A stretch of DNA of 64,000 nt from an uncultured Prevotellaceae bacterium (GTDB lineage: Bacteria > Bacteroidota > Bacteroidia > Bacteroidales > Bacteroidaceae), in the NCBI GenBank assembly GCA_900316685.1, contig ONDS01000012.1, positions 9,920-73,919 of the forward strand, given 5' to 3'. This document shows, one piece after another, positions 50,164 through 60,969 of the stretch. Numbering within the stretch: position 1 is the stretch's first letter; every line of letters begins with the position of its first letter. The notes under the pieces were generated by a model. The model had not been told where the DNA came from. It did not search any database and saw nothing but the letters and a program-made list of their open reading frames with translations. Position numbers and translations under genes: made by a program.

Positions 50164-50886
50164 ATGTGGCTAATTAATTCATCTGTAGGAAGGAAAGTGG
50201 TCATGTCGGTCACCGGTATGGCACTTATCCTTTTTCTGACGTTCCATGCGTGCATGAACGTCGTGGCGCTTTTCTCCAAGGAGGCGTACAACACCATTTG
50301 TGAATTGTTGGGAGCCAACTGGTATGCCATTGTGGCTACTTTGGGACTGGCTGCCCTGGCTGTGATTCACATTGTATATGCCTTCATCCTTACGGCGCAG
50401 AACCGCCGTGCCCGTGGTGCTGAGCGCTATGAGGTGACATCCAAACCCGAAAAAGTGGAGTGGGCATCGCAGAACATGCTCGTGCTGGGCATCATCATCC
50501 TGCTCGGTCTCATCCTCCACCTCTTCAATTTCTGGTACAACATGATGTTCGCCGAGTTGTTCCCCTCCATCCATTACGACCCGGCACCTGCTGATGGTTT
50601 CGGCAAGATCGTCACCACCTTCAGCAACCCCATCTACGTGGTGCTGTACGTCATCTGGATTGTGGCCATCTGGTTCCACCTCTCCCATGGTTTCTGGAGT
50701 GCCATGCAGACACTCGGTGTGAGTGGCAAGATTTGGTTCAACCGTTGGCGCATCATCGGACTGGTGTATGTCACCCTGCTCATGCTTGCCTTCTTGGTTG
50801 TCGTGCTGGCATTCGCTTTCGGCATCGCTCCTTCGCTCTGCTGCGATGGTGGCAGTTGCTGTGAGGCAGCCCAGGCTTGTTGTTGA
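50164..50886 (+). CDS. sdhC: Succinate dehydrogenase/fumarate reductase cytochrome b subunit
   Basis: SSVGRKVVMSVTG, heme His residues, HLSHGFWSA; first gene of the CAB operon. Confidence 0.92.
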   Translation: MWLINSSVGRKVVMSVTGMALILFLTFHACMNVVALFSKEAYNTICELLGANWYAIVATLGLAALAVIHIVYAFILTAQNRRARGAERYEVTSKPEKVEWASQNMLVLGIIILLGLILHLFNFWYNMMFAELFPSIHYDPAPADGFGKIVTTFSNPIYVVLYVIWIVAIWFHLSHGFWSAMQTLGVSGKIWFNRWRIIGLVYVTLLMLAFLVVVLAFAFGIAPSLCCDGGSCCEAAQACC

Positions 50887-50932
50887 GCCTGCCCTTTAAC
50901 ATTTTAGTTTTTCAATCCTTAATTTTGGAAAT

Positions 50933-52912
50933 ATGGCAAAAGTAATTGATTCGAAGATTCCCGCAGGTCCAGTACCTGAGAAATGGAAGGAATATAAGGC
51001 TCATCAGCGTTTGGTCAACCCCAAGAACAAGCTGAAGCTCGACATCATCGTGGTGGGTACGGGTCTGGCTGGTGCCAGCGCCGCCGCCTCGCTCGGTGAG
51101 ATGGGGTTCAATGTCATCAACCTGTGTATCCAGGATTCACCGCGCCGTGCACACTCCATCGCTGCACAGGGTGGTATCAACGCCGCCAAGTGCTACCAGA
51201 ACGATGGCGACTCCGTCTACCGTCTGTTCTACGACACCGTGAAGGGTGGTGACTACCGTGCCCGCGAGGCCAATGTCTACCGTCTGGCTGAAGTGTCGAA
51301 CAATATCATCGACCAATGTGTGGCGCAGGGTGTACCTTTCGCCCGTGAATATGGTGGCATGTTGGCCAACCGCTCCTTTGGTGGAGCTCAGGTGAGCCGT
51401 ACATTCTATGCCAAGGGTCAGACAGGTCAGCAGTTGTTGCTCGGTGCCTACAGTTCATTGAGCTGTCAGGTGGAAGCCGGCAAGGTGAAACTCTACACCC
51501 GCTATGAGATGGAGGATGTGGTGATTGTCGACGGTCGTGCCCGCGGTATCATCGCCAAGAACCTCGTCACCGGCGAGTTGGAGCGTTTCTCCGCCAACGC
51601 CGTGGTCATCGCCACCGGTGGTTATGGCAACACCTACTTCCTCTCCACCAACGCCATGGGTTGCAACTGTACGGCTGCCGTTCAGTGCTATCGTAAGGGT
51701 GCCTACTTCGCCAACCCCTCCTATGTGCAGATCCACCCCACCTGTATCCCCGTGCATGGCGACAAGCAGTCGAAGCTTACGCTGATGTCGGAGTCGTTGC
51801 GTAACGATGGTCGTATCTGGGTGCCGAAGAAGCTGGAAGATGCCAAGGCTCTCCAGGCTGGCACCAAGCAAGGTTGGGAGATTCCCGAGGAAGACCGTGA
51901 CTACTATCTGGAGCGTCGTTATCCCGCCTTTGGTAACCTGGTGCCGCGCGATGTGGCTTCACGTGCCGCCAAGGAGCGTTGCGACCATGGCTTCGGTGTG
52001 AACAACACCGGTCTGGCCGTGTTCCTCGATTTCTCCGAGAGTATCAACCGTCTGGGTCTCGACCAGATCATGCAACGCTACGGCAACCTCTTCGAGATGT
52101 ATGAGGAGATTACCGATGTGTTCCCCGGCGATGTGGCCAACGAGATCAATGGCGTGAAATACTACAAGCCGATGATGATTTATCCCGCCATCCACTATAC
52201 CATGGGTGGTATCTGGGTGGACTATGAGTTGCAGACCTCCATCAAGGGTCTCTTCGCCATCGGTGAGTGCAATTTCTCCGACCATGGTGCCAACCGTCTT
52301 GGTGCTTCCGCCCTGATGCAGGGCTTGGCCGACGGCTATTTCGTGCTGCCTTACACCATCCAGAACTACTTGGCCGACCAAGCCGTGTGGCCGCGTATCC
52401 CCACCGACCTGCCTGAGTTCGACGAGGCGGAGAAGGGTGTGCAGGCCGAGATCGACCGTCTGATGAACATCAAGGGCAAGCGCAGTGTTGACTCCATCCA
52501 CAAGGAGCTGGGTCATATCATGTGGGAATATGTAGGTATGGGTCGTACCGCCGAGGGTCTGAAGACCGGTCTGGACAAGATGAAGAAGTTGCAGAAGGAA
52601 TTCGACACCAACCTCTTCATCCCCGGAACCAAGGAAGGTCTGAATATCGAGCTCGACAAGGCCATCCACCTGCGCGACTTCTTCACTATGGGTCAGCTGG
52701 TGGCTTACGATGCCCTCTCCCGCAATGAGAGCTGCGGTGGACACTTCCGCGAGGAGTACCAGACGGAGGAAGGCGAAGCCAAGCGCGACGACGAGAACTA
52801 CTTCTACGTAGGCTGCTGGGAATACAAGGGCAAGGGTGTGGAGCCCGAGCTCATCAAGGAGCCGTTGGAGTATGAAGCAATCAAGGTACAAACGAGAAAC
52901 TATAAGAATTAA
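50933..52912 (+). CDS. sdhA: Succinate dehydrogenase/fumarate reductase flavoprotein
   Basis: [36 protein letters not shown]. Confidence 0.96.
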   Translation: MAKVIDSKIPAGPVPEKWKEYKAHQRLVNPKNKLKLDIIVVGTGLAGASAAASLGEMGFNVINLCIQDSPRRAHSIAAQGGINAAKCYQNDGDSVYRLFYDTVKGGDYRAREANVYRLAEVSNNIIDQCVAQGVPFAREYGGMLANRSFGGAQVSRTFYAKGQTGQQLLLGAYSSLSCQVEAGKVKLYTRYEMEDVVIVDGRARGIIAKNLVTGELERFSANAVVIATGGYGNTYFLSTNAMGCNCTAAVQCYRKGAYFANPSYVQIHPTCIPVHGDKQSKLTLMSESLRNDGRIWVPKKLEDAKALQAGTKQGWEIPEEDRDYYLERRYPAFGNLVPRDVASRAAKERCDHGFGVNNTGLAVFLDFSESINRLGLDQIMQRYGNLFEMYEEITDVFPGDVANEINGVKYYKPMMIYPAIHYTMGGIWVDYELQTSIKGLFAIGECNFSDHGANRLGASALMQGLADGYFVLPYTIQNYLADQAVWPRIPTDLPEFDEAEKGVQAEIDRLMNIKGKRSVDSIHKELGHIMWEYVGMGRTAEGLKTGLDKMKKLQKEFDTNLFIPGTKEGLNIELDKAIHLRDFFTMGQLVAYDALSRNESCGGHFREEYQTEEGEAKRDDENYFYVGCWEYKGKGVEPELIKEPLEYEAIKVQTRNYKN

Positions 52913-52917
52913 AGACT

Positions 52918-53676
52918 ATGGCAAAAAACATAAGCTTCACAATAAAGTTCTGGCGCCAGAACGGCCCCAAGGACAAGGGACATTTCGATACCCACGAAAT
53001 GCATGACATCCCCGATGACACCTCGTTCCTCGAGATGCTCGACATCCTCAACGAGGAGTTGATCGAGGCCGGTGAGGAGCCTTTCGTCTTTGACCACGAC
53101 TGCCGTGAGGGTATCTGCGGCATGTGCTCGCTCTATATCAACGGTACGCCGCACGGAAAGACCGAGCGTGGCGCTACCACTTGCCAGCTGTATATGCGTC
53201 GTTTCAACGATGGTGACGTGATCACCGTGGAACCCTGGCGTTCCGCCGGCTTCCCCGTCATCAAGGACTGTATGGTCGACCGCAGTGCTTTCGACAAAAT
53301 CATCCAGGCCGGTGGTTATACCACCATCCGCACGGGTCAGGCTCAGGATGCCAATGCCATCCTTATCCCCAAGCAGGATGCCGACGAGGCCATGGACTGC
53401 GCCTCGTGCATCGGTTGCGGTGCTTGCGTGGCTGCTTGCAAGAACGGCTCAGCCATGCTCTTCGTGAGCTCTAAGGTGAGCCAGCTGGCTCTGCTGCCGC
53501 AGGGTCGTCCCGAGGCTGCCAAGCGCGCCAAGGCGATGATTGCCCGCATGGATGAGCTGGGCTTCGGCAACTGCACCAACACCCGTGCCTGCGAGGCTGT
53601 GTGCCCGAAGAACGAGACCATCTCCAACATCGCCCGCCTGAACCGCGAGTTCATCAAGGCGAAGTTGAACGACTAA
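52918..53676 (+). CDS. sdhB: Succinate dehydrogenase/fumarate reductase Fe-S subunit
   Basis: [33 protein letters not shown]. Confidence 0.96.
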   Translation: MAKNISFTIKFWRQNGPKDKGHFDTHEMHDIPDDTSFLEMLDILNEELIEAGEEPFVFDHDCREGICGMCSLYINGTPHGKTERGATTCQLYMRRFNDGDVITVEPWRSAGFPVIKDCMVDRSAFDKIIQAGGYTTIRTGQAQDANAILIPKQDADEAMDCASCIGCGACVAACKNGSAMLFVSSKVSQLALLPQGRPEAAKRAKAMIARMDELGFGNCTNTRACEAVCPKNETISNIARLNREFIKAKLND

Positions 53677-53728
53677 GTCTTTCGACAACGAATTGCTCGA
53701 ATTCGACGAATTCAGTACATCTATCCCA

Positions 53729-53770
53729 ATCGTTTGGGCGGATTCTCATGAATCCGCCCAAATTGTTTTT
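53729..53770 (+). terminator. Terminator of the sdh/frd operon
   Basis: TTTGGGCGGATTC-TCAT-GAATCCGCCCAAA plus T-rich tail. Confidence 0.8.
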
Positions 53771-53904
53771 CCGGACTTTTTTCCCCATCCCATCATTATT
53801 CCCATAATAATAAGGAATAACTGCCGTACAATTTTGATTTTTCAAGAAAAAACACTACATTTGCAACATTATTATCATTCGTACTAACTTATTTTTGGAT
53901 AATC

Positions 53905-54336
53905 ATGAAACGAATCTTTTTCTTATTAGTCGGTTTGGTTTGTTGTATCGTGGCTTCAGCACAAAGCATGAAGATGGTAGTCGACAAGAATGGCGAGGTC
54001 GTTGGGCGTTATGTACGAACCAATGCCTCCACTTACACCATCAGTGTGCAAGATGCTTACGACGTGCCAAAGGCTGGTCATCGCGTGGTGACATTCAGTG
54101 CCGCCGCGGGGCAGGGCATCGTCTACCGTAACCAAGACAAGAAAGGCAATATCAATGTGCGCAAGGGCGCTTATCGCAACAGCACGGTCATCGCCTTGAT
54201 TCCCGAGTTCGACGGGGTGCCCGACACCTATCCCTGTTTAGGTGTGAAAAACGGCTATTACAAAATCCGTATTGACGGCAAGGTGGGCTATATCCGCAAG
54301 GATATGGCTTGTTGGGATGGTATGTCTACATTCTGA
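53905..54336 (+). CDS. Exported protein with bacterial SH3-like C-terminal domain
   Basis: ASA-Q signal peptide; INVRKG...GYYKIRIDGKVGYI. Confidence 0.75.
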   Translation: MKRIFFLLVGLVCCIVASAQSMKMVVDKNGEVVGRYVRTNASTYTISVQDAYDVPKAGHRVVTFSAAAGQGIVYRNQDKKGNINVRKGAYRNSTVIALIPEFDGVPDTYPCLGVKNGYYKIRIDGKVGYIRKDMACWDGMSTF

Positions 54337-54365
54337 CTTCCACAGTATGTTCGCAGTCGGAGCCT

Positions 54366-56684
54366 ATGGATGCGCTGGTTCGTAAACGATTGATAGATAA
54401 AAGCGAAGAACTCACGCAAGACATCAACGTGAGGACACGCAACGTGATATTCCGTCTGCTCAAGGATGTGGAAGGACAACTGGTGCCTCTCATCGTCGGT
54501 TCACGTGATGCCATCAGCATCCCATCCTGCGGCAAACAGACGGCATCCTACATCAACACATTCCTCGACCAGTTGCGCCCATACTATCAAAAACTGATGA
54601 ACATGACCCCAGAGGAAATAGAGCAGGAGGAGAACTGGGAGAGGCAACAGGAGAAAATCGCCGACACTCAGAAGAGAAACTATGCCATCAAGTTCAAAGA
54701 GGTAGACGACGAAACCGACCGATGCCTACAGGAAATCTATGTCAGGATGAGAGCCCGGATTCCTCATGTGAGGTCGCGCAACCTGGTAGCCTACCATATT
54801 AGGAATTACAAAGACATAGAACCTTATCTCAACGACCCGTCGCTTGTCAACAATTGGCACAATGCCGGTATCAGCTCCTCGACCATCATCCTGCAATTCT
54901 TCAACGCCTTCCATGAAGAATACTTGGCCATTATCAAGGAAGGAAAAGGGAGGATGGTATCTAAGTTGATTGATTTCCATTATCCTTTCCTCAATGAGGA
55001 ACAACGCGACTTCGTGTTGTCGTTTCTCAAGGCGGAAGGACGAGTGCCCGCCCTGTTCATTGCCTTATGCCACCTGCGCCAGACCAACAACCGCACGGCA
55101 CAGGTTTTCGCCCGTGTCAACGGTATCGTGGGTGAACATACGTCCATCCATCAACTGGCCGATGAATTAGACCTCTCACGCGAACGCATCCGCCAACTCG
55201 TCCAGAAAAAACTGTCGGAAGACTGCGACTATCCGTATGTATGGAAAGAAGAGGCATGGAAAGAATATCCATTCTTCAACCAGCTATTGCTCACCGAGAA
55301 GAACACCGGGTGGGAAAAGCTAAAGACACGAGAGCATCTCGACAACCTCGATTTCTATGGAGCACTTGCCATTCTGGCGCAGATGCGCAACATCACCATC
55401 GTAGCCCTGCTCGGCGACGGCACCAAATCCAACGGACGGAGGGCGGTGGCTAAGGGGTGGCAACAGCCACGTGTGCTCTTTGCTTATGACAGCCGCTACA
55501 ATATCTTCCGCTTCGCCGATGCGCTGGGTAGGGTGGGGCATGAGGCCCACCTGCAACGTATCAACGACAAGCGCCTGTCGCTGAAAGCCCTGATGGATGA
55601 TTTCCTTTGCCAACAGCCCAACCATACGGTCTACCAAAAGATACGACATATGCTCTGCGAGGTGTTGCCGATGTTCTCCGACGTGGAGATACAGGGCGAC
55701 GATATCGTGTTGCACACCAACCGCATCAATTATACCAACGAGATCTATGACATCCTCAATCATCATGGCAATGCCATGACCGTCGACAATATCTTCGCCG
55801 AATTCAAACAACGTCATCCCGAGGACCACCATACCGATAGTTCCTTTATTCGCAGCTATATGCTGAGCGACAAGCGATTTGAGGCTGTGGGCAGCAAATC
55901 CACTTACCAACTGAGTGAATGGAAACGATTCGCCGGTACGTTGGGAGCACTGGCGGAACACATCCTGATGGCATACGACAACCCCGTGAAAGTGGATGAA
56001 CTGTGTGAGATGATGAGAGAGCAGCGGGGCAACACCACCCGGAACAGTTGTTCCACAAGCATATACCATGCTGTGAATGCAGGACGACTGTTGTATTATA
56101 CCGAAGAGAACAACAAAGGTGTATACGTCGGGCTGGTTGGGCGCAACTATGAACAGCGCTTTTGGCTGTCGCCCGTCAATGTGCAGGGCGCCCTGCACAG
56201 CCTACGCCGGTTCCTTGTGCAATACGGCAGGTGGCCTTTCTCCTCGCGAAAGGATGGTATCGAGGCTTCCCTCTACTATACATGGCGTAAGTACAATAGG
56301 ATGCTGCACGTGACAGCCGAAGAACACCAACAGTTCATGGCCGGCATGGCTGACATAGAAGACGACCATTATCCCTCCAATGAGCGTGAACTGGCCTTCG
56401 CCAAGCAATGTGATACCTTGACCTCCTTCTTCGCCGACAACCACCGTCTGCCTACATCCCGCGAACACTCCAAACTTCTTGCCTGGTACTGGGATTCTTT
56501 TTCCAATCAGAAAGCCTTGAAGGGTTACCGAAAATATCGCTTCGAAAAGATGCTTGCCGACATCAATGGGATGAGAACCCCCACAGCCGAGACGCCCCTC
56601 CCGTCGAATCGTGAACCTGACGATCAACTACTGCTCGATTTCAGGGAGAAGGATGGCGACCAACTACTGCTCGATTTTGATTGA
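54366..56684 (+). CDS. Large hypothetical nucleic-acid-binding protein (sigma70 region-4-like HTH, possible winged helices, helicase-associated-like repeats)
   Basis: SIHQLADELDLSRERIRQL HTH; FLVQYGRWP and FFADNHRLP repeats; duplicated DQLLLDF tail. Confidence 0.65.
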   Translation: MDALVRKRLIDKSEELTQDINVRTRNVIFRLLKDVEGQLVPLIVGSRDAISIPSCGKQTASYINTFLDQLRPYYQKLMNMTPEEIEQEENWERQQEKIADTQKRNYAIKFKEVDDETDRCLQEIYVRMRARIPHVRSRNLVAYHIRNYKDIEPYLNDPSLVNNWHNAGISSSTIILQFFNAFHEEYLAIIKEGKGRMVSKLIDFHYPFLNEEQRDFVLSFLKAEGRVPALFIALCHLRQTNNRTAQVFARVNGIVGEHTSIHQLADELDLSRERIRQLVQKKLSEDCDYPYVWKEEAWKEYPFFNQLLLTEKNTGWEKLKTREHLDNLDFYGALAILAQMRNITIVALLGDGTKSNGRRAVAKGWQQPRVLFAYDSRYNIFRFADALGRVGHEAHLQRINDKRLSLKALMDDFLCQQPNHTVYQKIRHMLCEVLPMFSDVEIQGDDIVLHTNRINYTNEIYDILNHHGNAMTVDNIFAEFKQRHPEDHHTDSSFIRSYMLSDKRFEAVGSKSTYQLSEWKRFAGTLGALAEHILMAYDNPVKVDELCEMMREQRGNTTRNSCSTSIYHAVNAGRLLYYTEENNKGVYVGLVGRNYEQRFWLSPVNVQGALHSLRRFLVQYGRWPFSSRKDGIEASLYYTWRKYNRMLHVTAEEHQQFMAGMADIEDDHYPSNERELAFAKQCDTLTSFFADNHRLPTSREHSKLLAWYWDSFSNQKALKGYRKYRFEKMLADINGMRTPTAETPLPSNREPDDQLLLDFREKDGDQLLLDFD

Positions 56685-56761
56685 GATGCTTACCTCGGCC
56701 TTCGGTATGGCAAAAAGGAGGCGGCATGACCATGTTGTGAAAGAAAAACGTTAATAGACAT

Positions 56762-58939
56762 ATGGAACGAAATGATGAATTACGCTTGGCGTGGGACTTC
56801 GTGGAAAATACAGGCAGGAGCATCTTCCTGACAGGAAAGGCGGGCACGGGCAAGACGACGTTTCTGAAAACCGTGGTCGAGAAATCACGCAAACGGCCCA
56901 TCGTGGTGGCACCCACAGGTGTGGCGGCCATCAATGCCGGCGGGGTCACCATCCATTCTTTCTTCCAGTTGCCCTTCACCCCCTATGTGCCAGGTGCCAA
57001 GATGGAAAGCAAGTTCGAGTTCAGTAGGGAGAAACGCAAGATACTCGCTTCCATCGACCTGCTCATCATCGACGAGATATCCATGGTGCGCGCCGACCTG
57101 CTCGATGCCATCGACAGCGTGCTGCGCCGTTTTCGCGACCATCTCCAACCTTTCGGAGGTGTGCAGCTGCTCATGATAGGCGACCTGGCACAACTCACCC
57201 CCGTGGTCACCCCTGAAGACGAACAGCTGCTCAAACCTTATTACGACACCCCCTATTTCTTCGGCTCGAAAGCCCTCGGCAGGATCGAATATGTGACGAT
57301 ACAATTACAACATGTCTATCGACAGCAAGACGATTCGTTTATCGACATTCTCAACCAGATACGCGACGGCCGACTCACACAGGAAAACCTTGCCAAACTG
57401 AACGGCCGCTATCAACCCCACTTCATTCCCAAGCCCGGCGATGGCTATATCCGGCTGACCACACATAACCACCTGGCCAACTACTACAACGAGACAGAGC
57501 TGCGCAAGTTATCTTCAAGAACCTTTCAGTACAAGGCATCCATAGAAGGCACCTACCCCGACTATTCCTATCCCACCGCTGAGACTTTGGAGCTGAAAGT
57601 GGGGGCGCAGGTGATGTTCGTAAAGAACGACCCCTCGGCCGGCCATCTCTATTACAACGGTCGCATCGGACAGGTTGTATACCTTGACAATAGCCACATC
57701 AAGGTGCGTTGCGAGGGCGATGATGACGACATCGAGGTGGAAGCCTTGGAATGGGAAAACACCCGCTACACCCTGAATGAGAAGACACGCGAGATCGAGG
57801 CCGAGGTGCAAGGCACCTTCCGCCAATACCCCCTGCGCCTGGCTTGGGCCATCACCATCCACAAAAGCCAGGGGCTGACCTTCGACCATGCCATCATAGA
57901 GGCCAACCAATCGTTCTCGCCAGGACAAGTATATGTGGCCCTAAGCCGATGCCGCACGATGGAGGGGTTGGTACTCGCCGCCCCCCTCAACACCCATGCC
58001 ATCATCAACGATGAGCGGGTGAGCACCTATATAAGCGGCCAGGAGGAAGATGCCAAACGGAGCATACAGCGTCTGCCCCTGCTGAAGCAGGAGTATGAAC
58101 GCCAGGTGTTGCTCCAACTCTTCGATTTCCGCAACCTCGTTAATATGGAGGAGTCGATGAACCGCGTATTCGCCGAATATTTCTACCATAGCCATGCGTC
58201 GCTGAAAGTGTTGCACAACCAGACCTTTGACTTGCTTCGCACGCAGGTGGTCGATGTGTCCAACAAATGGCGTACCCTCATCCAGGCGAAGACCTTCGAT
58301 GAGTTGCACACACAGGAATTTCTCGACAGGGTGAAACGTAGTGCCACCTATTTCGCCGACACGCTGAAAAACCTCCTCGAAAAGCCCCTACGCCTGACCC
58401 AGGAGGTGAAGAGCAACAACAAACAGGCAATGAACCGTCTGGGCCATCTCCTGCCCGAACTGCGGCAGGCATGGCTCGCCCATCGCTATCTGCTCACAGC
58501 CATGGCCGAACAGACCTTCACCGTAACCCGTTATCTCAAAGAGAAACAGCTGTCGATGCTCGACGCGCTCGATGAAAGCCTCGCCAAGCCACGACGGGAG
58601 CGGAGGGCGAAGGAAAAGACCCCGAAAGAGGTCAAGCCCAAGACATGGGAAATCACCTATCAACTCTTCCAACAGGGAATGCAGCCCGTAGAGATAGCCA
58701 TCGAACGCCGGTTGGCGGTAAGCACCATCATCGGCCATCTCGCCCGTTATGTGGAAAACGGCAACATATCCTTGGACCGCCTCATCATCCCCGAGCATCA
58801 GCAAGCCATCGGACGGGTGGTGCGCATGGTAGGCCCCGATGCCACCACCACAGCCATCAAAAGCCTCTGCCCGCCCGAGGTGACCTATGAGGAGATACGT
58901 CTGGTGCTGAACGTGCTCCAACAACGAAACAAACGTTGA
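56762..58939 (+). CDS. PIF1/RecD-like SF1B helicase with C-terminal HTH
   Basis: TGKAGTGKTT, APTGVAA, DEISM, GDLAQL, AITIHKSQG, YVALSR; C-terminal IAIERRLAVSTIIGHL. Confidence 0.92.
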   Translation: MERNDELRLAWDFVENTGRSIFLTGKAGTGKTTFLKTVVEKSRKRPIVVAPTGVAAINAGGVTIHSFFQLPFTPYVPGAKMESKFEFSREKRKILASIDLLIIDEISMVRADLLDAIDSVLRRFRDHLQPFGGVQLLMIGDLAQLTPVVTPEDEQLLKPYYDTPYFFGSKALGRIEYVTIQLQHVYRQQDDSFIDILNQIRDGRLTQENLAKLNGRYQPHFIPKPGDGYIRLTTHNHLANYYNETELRKLSSRTFQYKASIEGTYPDYSYPTAETLELKVGAQVMFVKNDPSAGHLYYNGRIGQVVYLDNSHIKVRCEGDDDDIEVEALEWENTRYTLNEKTREIEAEVQGTFRQYPLRLAWAITIHKSQGLTFDHAIIEANQSFSPGQVYVALSRCRTMEGLVLAAPLNTHAIINDERVSTYISGQEEDAKRSIQRLPLLKQEYERQVLLQLFDFRNLVNMEESMNRVFAEYFYHSHASLKVLHNQTFDLLRTQVVDVSNKWRTLIQAKTFDELHTQEFLDRVKRSATYFADTLKNLLEKPLRLTQEVKSNNKQAMNRLGHLLPELRQAWLAHRYLLTAMAEQTFTVTRYLKEKQLSMLDALDESLAKPRRERRAKEKTPKEVKPKTWEITYQLFQQGMQPVEIAIERRLAVSTIIGHLARYVENGNISLDRLIIPEHQQAIGRVVRMVGPDATTTAIKSLCPPEVTYEEIRLVLNVLQQRNKR

Positions 58940-59083
58940 AAAAGTTGGTATCCGTTTTTTCCCTCATGAAACGTTTTTGAAATCATCTGCAACGCCATTG
59001 TCTTAGTCGCCCGATAATTTTTCCTATTTTTGCAGGCGTAAAAACATCTATTCATTCTAACTAAGAACGCGTTGACTATTATT

Positions 59084-60754
59084 ATGAAACAATTCTACAA
59101 AGCATTATGCACCATGATGCTGCCATTTGCCATTCACACCTCGGCAAGTGCGCAGAGCGTCACTTTCACGTCATCCAACCTGCCTATCGTCATCATCCAG
59201 ACCGAACAAGCCATCAATGCCGACGAGAAGGTAAGAGGCACGATGAAAATCATCAACAACGGGGTGGGGGAGACCAACCATGTGACCGACACACCCAATG
59301 ATTACGACGGTTATATCGGCATCAAATGGCGTGGGGAGAGTTCACTCAACTTCAATCAGAAGAAATACACCATCGAGACTTGGGATGAGGCCGGCAACGA
59401 TATTGATGTGTCGCTGTTGGGCATGCCCGAGGAAGCCGACTGGGTGCTGCTGGCCCCTTATAACGACGTGTCGATGGTGCGTGATGTGTTCGCCTATTAT
59501 ATGTGGAACGAGATGGGCCACTGGGGACCCCGCACGCAGATGTGCGAGGCGGTGGTCAACGGCGAGTATATGGGCGTGTATGCCCTGTGCGAGCGTATCA
59601 AACGCAATAAGAACCGCATAGACATCAGCAAGCTCAAACCTGAAGATATCGAAGGGCGTGATGTTACCGGTGGCTATATCCTTCGTATCGATGCGTATGA
59701 TGAGGAGGACGAGACGTTCCAATCGAAAGTCAAGGGCATACAGGTGCAACAGAACTGGGGATGGGGCGGCACCACCACCACCATCGAGGCACCCATCACA
59801 TGGACCATCTATTACCCCAAGAAAGAGGATATCCAGCCCGAACAGCGTGCTTACATACAAGACTATGTCGACCAGACCGAACAGGCTATCCAAGCCGACA
59901 ATTTCGCCGACCCTGAAGAGGGCTATGCTCATTTCATCAATGTAGAGTCCTTCGTCGACTATTTTATACACACCGAACTGAGCCTCAATGCCGATGGGTT
60001 CAAGCGTAGCGCTTATTACTACAAAGAGAAAGACAAGAAAGACGGCAGTGTAGGCAAACTCTTCGCCGGACCCGTTTGGGACTTCAACCTGGCTTATGGC
60101 AACTGTAGTTTCTGCAATGCCAACAAAGTCGAATCATGGGTGTACGAGGGTTGTGAGACCAATCCCACACCTGTGATGTGGCGCCGTTTGCTCGAAGACC
60201 CCACCTTCCGCAACGCCGTGAAATGCCGTTATCTGGCGCTGCGGCAAACCATCCTCAGCGAGGAGTCCATCGATGCGTTCCTCGACAGTTATGCCGCTCT
60301 GCTCGACGAGGCCAAAGACCGCCAGTTGCAGAAATACAAGGAAATCCTCAAATCCAACAATCCTTGGGATTTCGGACCTACCTCTTTCTATGCCGCCTAT
60401 CGCGTCTCCTCCTACGAGGAAGAAATAGCCACGGTGAAAGACTGGTTCCGCCAGCGACTGGCCTTCCTCGATGCCAACCTGCCAGGCGAATGCACGGGAA
60501 CCACCGACAGTATCGACAACCTGTCGTGGGAGAATATCAGCCTACAGATGGTTGGTACTTCGGCGGTAGTCCGTTCCGAACGGCCCTTGGTGCGAATCGA
60601 TGTGGTCAATGCCATCGGTACCCTGCTGGCATCCCATACCGTGGATCGGCAAAAAGAAGCCACCATCGATTTAAGTGGTACAGGCTCGGGACTTCGCATC
60701 ATCGTTTGCTATGCCGATGATGGCTCGATGCTGTCGCGCAGCGTATTATTCTGA
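59084..60754 (+). CDS. CotH kinase family secreted protein
   Basis: IKWRGESS, DWVLLA, GEYMGVY..ERIK, N.DG, GPVWDFNLAYG; T9SS-like tail. Confidence 0.9.
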   Translation: MKQFYKALCTMMLPFAIHTSASAQSVTFTSSNLPIVIIQTEQAINADEKVRGTMKIINNGVGETNHVTDTPNDYDGYIGIKWRGESSLNFNQKKYTIETWDEAGNDIDVSLLGMPEEADWVLLAPYNDVSMVRDVFAYYMWNEMGHWGPRTQMCEAVVNGEYMGVYALCERIKRNKNRIDISKLKPEDIEGRDVTGGYILRIDAYDEEDETFQSKVKGIQVQQNWGWGGTTTTIEAPITWTIYYPKKEDIQPEQRAYIQDYVDQTEQAIQADNFADPEEGYAHFINVESFVDYFIHTELSLNADGFKRSAYYYKEKDKKDGSVGKLFAGPVWDFNLAYGNCSFCNANKVESWVYEGCETNPTPVMWRRLLEDPTFRNAVKCRYLALRQTILSEESIDAFLDSYAALLDEAKDRQLQKYKEILKSNNPWDFGPTSFYAAYRVSSYEEEIATVKDWFRQRLAFLDANLPGECTGTTDSIDNLSWENISLQMVGTSAVVRSERPLVRIDVVNAIGTLLASHTVDRQKEATIDLSGTGSGLRIIVCYADDGSMLSRSVLF

Positions 60755-60798
60755 AAGGGTGGAAGGGGCGTCTACTCATTTCATGTTCATATTACAAG

Positions 60799-60854
60799 GT
60801 GCATCTGATTGGCGGAAATATTGGTGCTTTTTCCGCCGTTAGATGCACTTTTTT
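60799..60854 (+). terminator. Intrinsic terminator
   Basis: GTGCATCT...GGCGGAAA / TTTCCGCC...AGATGCAC plus T-tract. Confidence 0.7.
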
Positions 60855-60969
60855 TGCAAAAAGACATTGATTTTTTGCAAATTACATTTTTTGTTGATAA
60901 TTTTGCCAATTGATACTATTGTTATTCTTCTTCGCCTATTACAACAACTTAAATAATTGAATAACCGAC

